NCBI GenBank assembly: GCA_041178425.1
Contig: JBEGVH010000016.1
Span: 96,001-160,000 of the forward strand
DNA from: Pseudomonadota bacterium
GTDB lineage: Bacteria; Bdellovibrionota; Bdellovibrionia; Bdellovibrionales; Bdellovibrionaceae
DNA: 64,000 nucleotides
Direction: 5' to 3'
Below are positions 60,541 through 64,000 of the stretch, piece after piece. The first letter of the stretch is position 1. Every line of letters starts with the position of its first letter. The notes under the pieces were generated by a model, which was not told where the DNA came from, did no database searches, and worked only from the letters and a program-made list of their open reading frames with translations. The translations under genes were made by a program, and so were the position numbers.

Positions 60541-61218
60541 TTATTTACGGAACTCAATCAGTTCTGTTTCAAAAACAGTTGTGTAGGTATCACCTTCCAT
60601 CTCACTTGAGGACTCAGAGATTGATCTGATCGTCAAACCTTCGTATTCGTTTGAAACCCAAAAATCAGTTTTCGTGCGCATATTCAAACCATTCTGACTC
60701 TGGTTCAAGATTGTCTCTCTGTGAGTCGCTTGAAAACGCCCAGCCCTTACCGTAATACTTTCGATCCCAATAAATCGCTCTTGAGGTTCTTCCATAGGGT
60801 TGGTTGGTCGATCATCTCCTAAACGGCAGAATTGTAGAAAGTCAGACTTAGTCAGTTTCTCTTCGTGACGAGTAGCCTCGGTTGCAACTGGAGCCAACAT
60901 TTCAGTTTCGACAATGGTTACAACTTCATTACTATTGCTCTCAGTTACAGTCGTTTTAATGTTAATATGACTGGTAAGGTCTTTTGCAGTGTTGGTTTTT
61001 ATAAAACTCTTATTTTCATAGGCAGTCATACGACCCTTTGGTTGCGTCTTTACAATAGTCGCCCACGCTTGATCGCAATCAGCAGGCCATTGGGGTTTCT
61101 TTATTGGCGCACCGTTGCCAGCTCCTGATCCTCCAGAGCTACTATCTTGAGAACAAGCACCCAAACAGAAGATAATAGACAAACAAAATAAGAAATGACT
61201 CAATTCAAAAAATCTCAT
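60541..61218 (-). CDS. hypothetical lipoprotein
   Basis: LGAC lipobox, ESITVRAGRF motif. Confidence 0.75.
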   Translation of the reverse strand: MRFFELSHFLFCLSIIFCLGACSQDSSSGGSGAGNGAPIKKPQWPADCDQAWATIVKTQPKGRMTAYENKSFIKTNTAKDLTSHINIKTTVTESNSNEVVTIVETEMLAPVATEATRHEEKLTKSDFLQFCRLGDDRPTNPMEEPQERFIGIESITVRAGRFQATHRETILNQSQNGLNMRTKTDFWVSNEYEGLTIRSISESSSEMEGDTYTTVFETELIEFRK

Positions 61219-61328
61219 GCGATCCCCCTCTTTTTTATAACTAGCTCAAGACGACTATCACTCGAAAGCCTTATCAGCCAAGCGTTTACGCATGCAAAAG
61301 CTCCTGTGGCGGAGTCAAATTTAGAAAT

Positions 61329-62144
61329 TTATCTCTGAGCTGCCCGATACAATGGCAATACTTTTTCTAAGTTGGCTCGAATATTTTTAATTCGGGTAGA
61401 GTCGGAGGGGTGGGTACTTAAAAATTCAGGAGGCTTCCCCGCCCCACTCGCACCCATTTTTTGCCATAACGTTATGGCTTCCTGAGGGTTATATCCGCCA
61501 CGCGCCATTAGCTCAAGACCCAGGACATCAGCCTCAGTCTCTTGACCACGATTATGAGGGAGGTCGATAACTAAAGAAGAGAAAACAAGAAGTGCCCCTT
61601 CATACTTTTTATCTACGACTCCAGTCTCTACCCCTAATTTAATGATCCCAATTTTAATAAGTTGCTCCGACATTCGCTCACGCCCATGCTCACGCAGGGC
61701 ATGGGCTATTTCGTGACCCATAATGGCTGCTATTTCGCCATCTGTTAATTTGAGCTGATCAATAATTCCTGTGTAAAACATTATTTTTCCACCCGGCATG
61801 CAATACGCATTCAACTGTGGATTTGATTCAAGGTGCACCTCCCAATCCCATTTGATGGAGTCATTTCTAAAAATTTCCGAATGAGGAATCAGACGCCTTG
61901 AAATAATTTTTAGTCGATTCAATTGCTCACTATTTTTATCTAGGTTACCTTTTTTAGCGGCCTCTCTTTTTACCTGCTCATAGGCTTCTGCAGAACTTCG
62001 TTCGATGTCGCTGGATGAAACTAAGAAAAGTTGTTTTCGATCAACACCAGTGCTTCCAGCCGATGTCGTCGAAGCACAACCTGAGTTAAAAAAGAATTCA
62101 CAAAAAAGGAAATAGATGATGATTAAGATATTCGTTCTTTTCAT
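61329..62144 (-). CDS. M48 metallopeptidase lipoprotein (LoiP/YggG-like)
   Basis: NAYCMPGG, GHEIAH, E.EAD..G, STHP. Confidence 0.93.
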   Translation of the reverse strand: MKRTNILIIIYFLFCEFFFNSGCASTTSAGSTGVDRKQLFLVSSSDIERSSAEAYEQVKREAAKKGNLDKNSEQLNRLKIISRRLIPHSEIFRNDSIKWDWEVHLESNPQLNAYCMPGGKIMFYTGIIDQLKLTDGEIAAIMGHEIAHALREHGRERMSEQLIKIGIIKLGVETGVVDKKYEGALLVFSSLVIDLPHNRGQETEADVLGLELMARGGYNPQEAITLWQKMGASGAGKPPEFLSTHPSDSTRIKNIRANLEKVLPLYRAAQR

Positions 62145-62217
62145 AAAAAAGTTATAAAAAGAAATGCTTCAGCCTTCAAGTGAAGTTTTCGATCCCTTAG
62201 CCTCTCAGCAAAAATGA

Positions 62218-63099
62218 TTATTTGAACTCTGGTACCTCAATCCAACCCTCATTCTTAGGAAACAATTTGGGCTTCGATTCACACTTTTTTTGGAACTTCC
62301 AAAAGGCTGTAAGGGCAATCCATAAACTCTCAAAGGCGACGAGATTATCTACAAACAAGTACTTGTCTTGCTCGTAAATAAAAATTTCCATATCGTCTAT
62401 CAATTGCTTCATGAGATAGGCACGTGCTTCAAGTCCGTCAACAGAATGTCGATAACTCTTCAGTTGAATTTTAGATAACTTTTTGGCCCTCGCCCATCGA
62501 AGAACACTGAGGCGAGGAATCACTTCGATCACATCGTGCTCCCAACGTCGACGGATGAATCGCCCTCGAGCGAGCAACGGAGCGGTATTGGCACCCAGCG
62601 AATCACCGACGGCCCAAGGGCCCTCAAGTTCTTCGCCCCAAAGCATCTCCACACAGCGTTGTGTATAGGGCGTAAACCCCCTGGTATTCTTCTTTTTCTG
62701 GGCCTGCAGTCTATGTTGCTTCCACATCCAGAGTATTTCTTCTTCTTGGCAGAACTCATAGCCCGGACACGTCAGTTGACAAGTAAAACACTTGGGCAAA
62801 GAGAGAGGAACGTCCATTCCCACCAATTCAACGTCACTCTTAAACTGCTGAACGTACTCATGAAGTCTGAGGTCTGAAGATAACTCCCCTTCGGTTTTTA
62901 GGCGATCAATCAATCGGCTTACGATTAATTTTTTCTGATCTACATAATATTCAAGAACCGTGATGGCCGTTCGATCCGATTTACCTCCACCGAGAGATAT
63001 ACCGATAAAGCGATGATATTTTAATGATGAACTTGAACGTCGATCCTGGGCGGGCCAAAGGCTGTCTTTAGCTTTTGAACTCCGCTTTTTTGGCTTCAT
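62218..63099 (-). CDS. DUF429-like (RNase H-like fold) protein
   Basis: FIGISLGG, MDVPLSLP, PYTQR, EVIP, EGWI..P; ATGA-coupled to the upstream kinase. Confidence 0.6.
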   Translation of the reverse strand: MKPKKRSSKAKDSLWPAQDRRSSSSLKYHRFIGISLGGGKSDRTAITVLEYYVDQKKLIVSRLIDRLKTEGELSSDLRLHEYVQQFKSDVELVGMDVPLSLPKCFTCQLTCPGYEFCQEEEILWMWKQHRLQAQKKKNTRGFTPYTQRCVEMLWGEELEGPWAVGDSLGANTAPLLARGRFIRRRWEHDVIEVIPRLSVLRWARAKKLSKIQLKSYRHSVDGLEARAYLMKQLIDDMEIFIYEQDKYLFVDNLVAFESLWIALTAFWKFQKKCESKPKLFPKNEGWIEVPEFK

Positions 63100-64000
63100 T
63101 GGTCTGCCAAAATTGGATGAGGTTTGGCACCCAAAACTTGAAATCCAGCCTCGGAACAAGCAGCGGCAACATGTGCTTTTGCCTCAGGCGCGGTCCATAT
63201 TAAAACACAACCTCCCCCTCCAGCTCCACAAATTTTAACAGCCTCAGCCCCATTTTTAAAAGCTAATTTATGAAGTGCCTCGATCTCAGGACTAGAGATG
63301 GCAGGAGCCAACTGGATCCTTGCATCGTACTCCCGATTAAAAAGTTCACGTAAATTCGTCCATTGACCAGCCCGCACTAATGCAGACATCTCTTCACTGA
63401 TCAAACGCAGACTTGAGAGAGCACGAATGGTCTTCGAATCCTTAGCTACCGCCTTTTGTAAAACTTCAAAATTATTCATTCCACTGTGGTGCGAGCGACC
63501 TGTGTAAACAAGCAAAAACCGATCTTCAATTTCTCTTTGTTCAGAGTGATTAAAAAGATATTGTTTAATCCCGCTTGGAGAGTATTCTAAAATATTTATT
63601 CCACCGCTAGCGGCGGGATAATAATCTTGGGTTCCAGTAGGAGTTAATAACAGCTTGGCTTCAAGATTATGTGCCACATTAACTAGTTGGTAGACCGACG
63701 AAAAAGGTTGTGATGTGGCCTTTGAAAGTGCTTTCAACAGACTTACCATTAAACTTGAACTTCCGCCTAACCCTCCGCCCACCGGGCTTTCGGAACGAGT
63801 TTTTAATTTTAATCCGAAGGGAGGACGAAAATATTCTAGGACAATTCTAAAGAGCGCAAATTGAGGATCTTTATCCTGAATGGCCTCCTCATAGGAGGCG
63901 TAAATCTTTTTAACTTTGAGATCAAGACTCTCTAATTCAATAGCTGCTGAATCAGTAAGAATTTCAAGATCTACATAGGTAAAAATATCAATGGCTATAT
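63096..64000 (-). CDS. GHMP-family sugar kinase (HddA-like), partial
   Basis: Frame open to the window end; SPVGGGLGGSSS, GTQDYY, KICGAGGGG. Confidence 0.9.
   Translation of the reverse strand, partial: IAIDIFTYVDLEILTDSAAIELESLDLKVKKIYASYEEAIQDKDPQFALFRIVLEYFRPPFGLKLKTRSESPVGGGLGGSSSLMVSLLKALSKATSQPFSSVYQLVNVAHNLEAKLLLTPTGTQDYYPAASGGINILEYSPSGIKQYLFNHSEQREIEDRFLLVYTGRSHHSGMNNFEVLQKAVAKDSKTIRALSSLRLISEEMSALVRAGQWTNLRELFNREYDARIQLAPAISSPEIEALHKLAFKNGAEAVKICGAGGGGCVLIWTAPEAKAHVAAACSEAGFQVLGAKPHPILADQ

Overview
Bacterial chromosome segment that looks like Bdellovibrionota (inferred from gene content and order: many secreted orphans and lipoproteins, a Bd3614-like deaminase, pgpA-cinA-recA). Most of it is housekeeping: tgt (partial), queA, pyrC, smpB, rsmA, tsaD, cpoB/pal, recA, recX, alaS, lysC, ETF-QO, rplX/rpmB/rpsR, serA, and tRNA-Met(CAT), tRNA-Pro(TGG) and tRNA-Arg(TCT). 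The most interesting parts are accessory. (1) 3.6-6.55 kb: two convergent operons (folE + GbsR-family regulator + stand-alone acyltransferase; DCC1/DUF393 thiol oxidoreductase + membrane protein). Each promoter carries the same palindrome, TWGTTYA-N8-TRAACWA, over its -10, which suggests a small uncharacterised regulon. (2) 6.7-9.26 kb: a decaying island at the tRNA-Met 3' end, with an ISL3 end, a deletion-collapsed AbiEi/AbiEii-like toxin-antitoxin relic absent from the ORF track, and a lipoprotein gene broken by an in-frame TAA. (3) A PepSY + cytochrome b + membrane-anchored LuxR module with an upstream 22-bp palindrome. (4) Several unusual surface or secreted multidomain proteins: an Omp85-like barrel with a gluzincin-like domain and beta-propeller, a polyglycine/fibrinogen-like adhesin, a Cys-repeat lipoprotein, and a His-rich multicopper oxidase fusion. 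No CRISPR array, rRNA, intact integrase or reverse transcriptase was seen. All family assignments come from motif recognition by eye, not from database searches.
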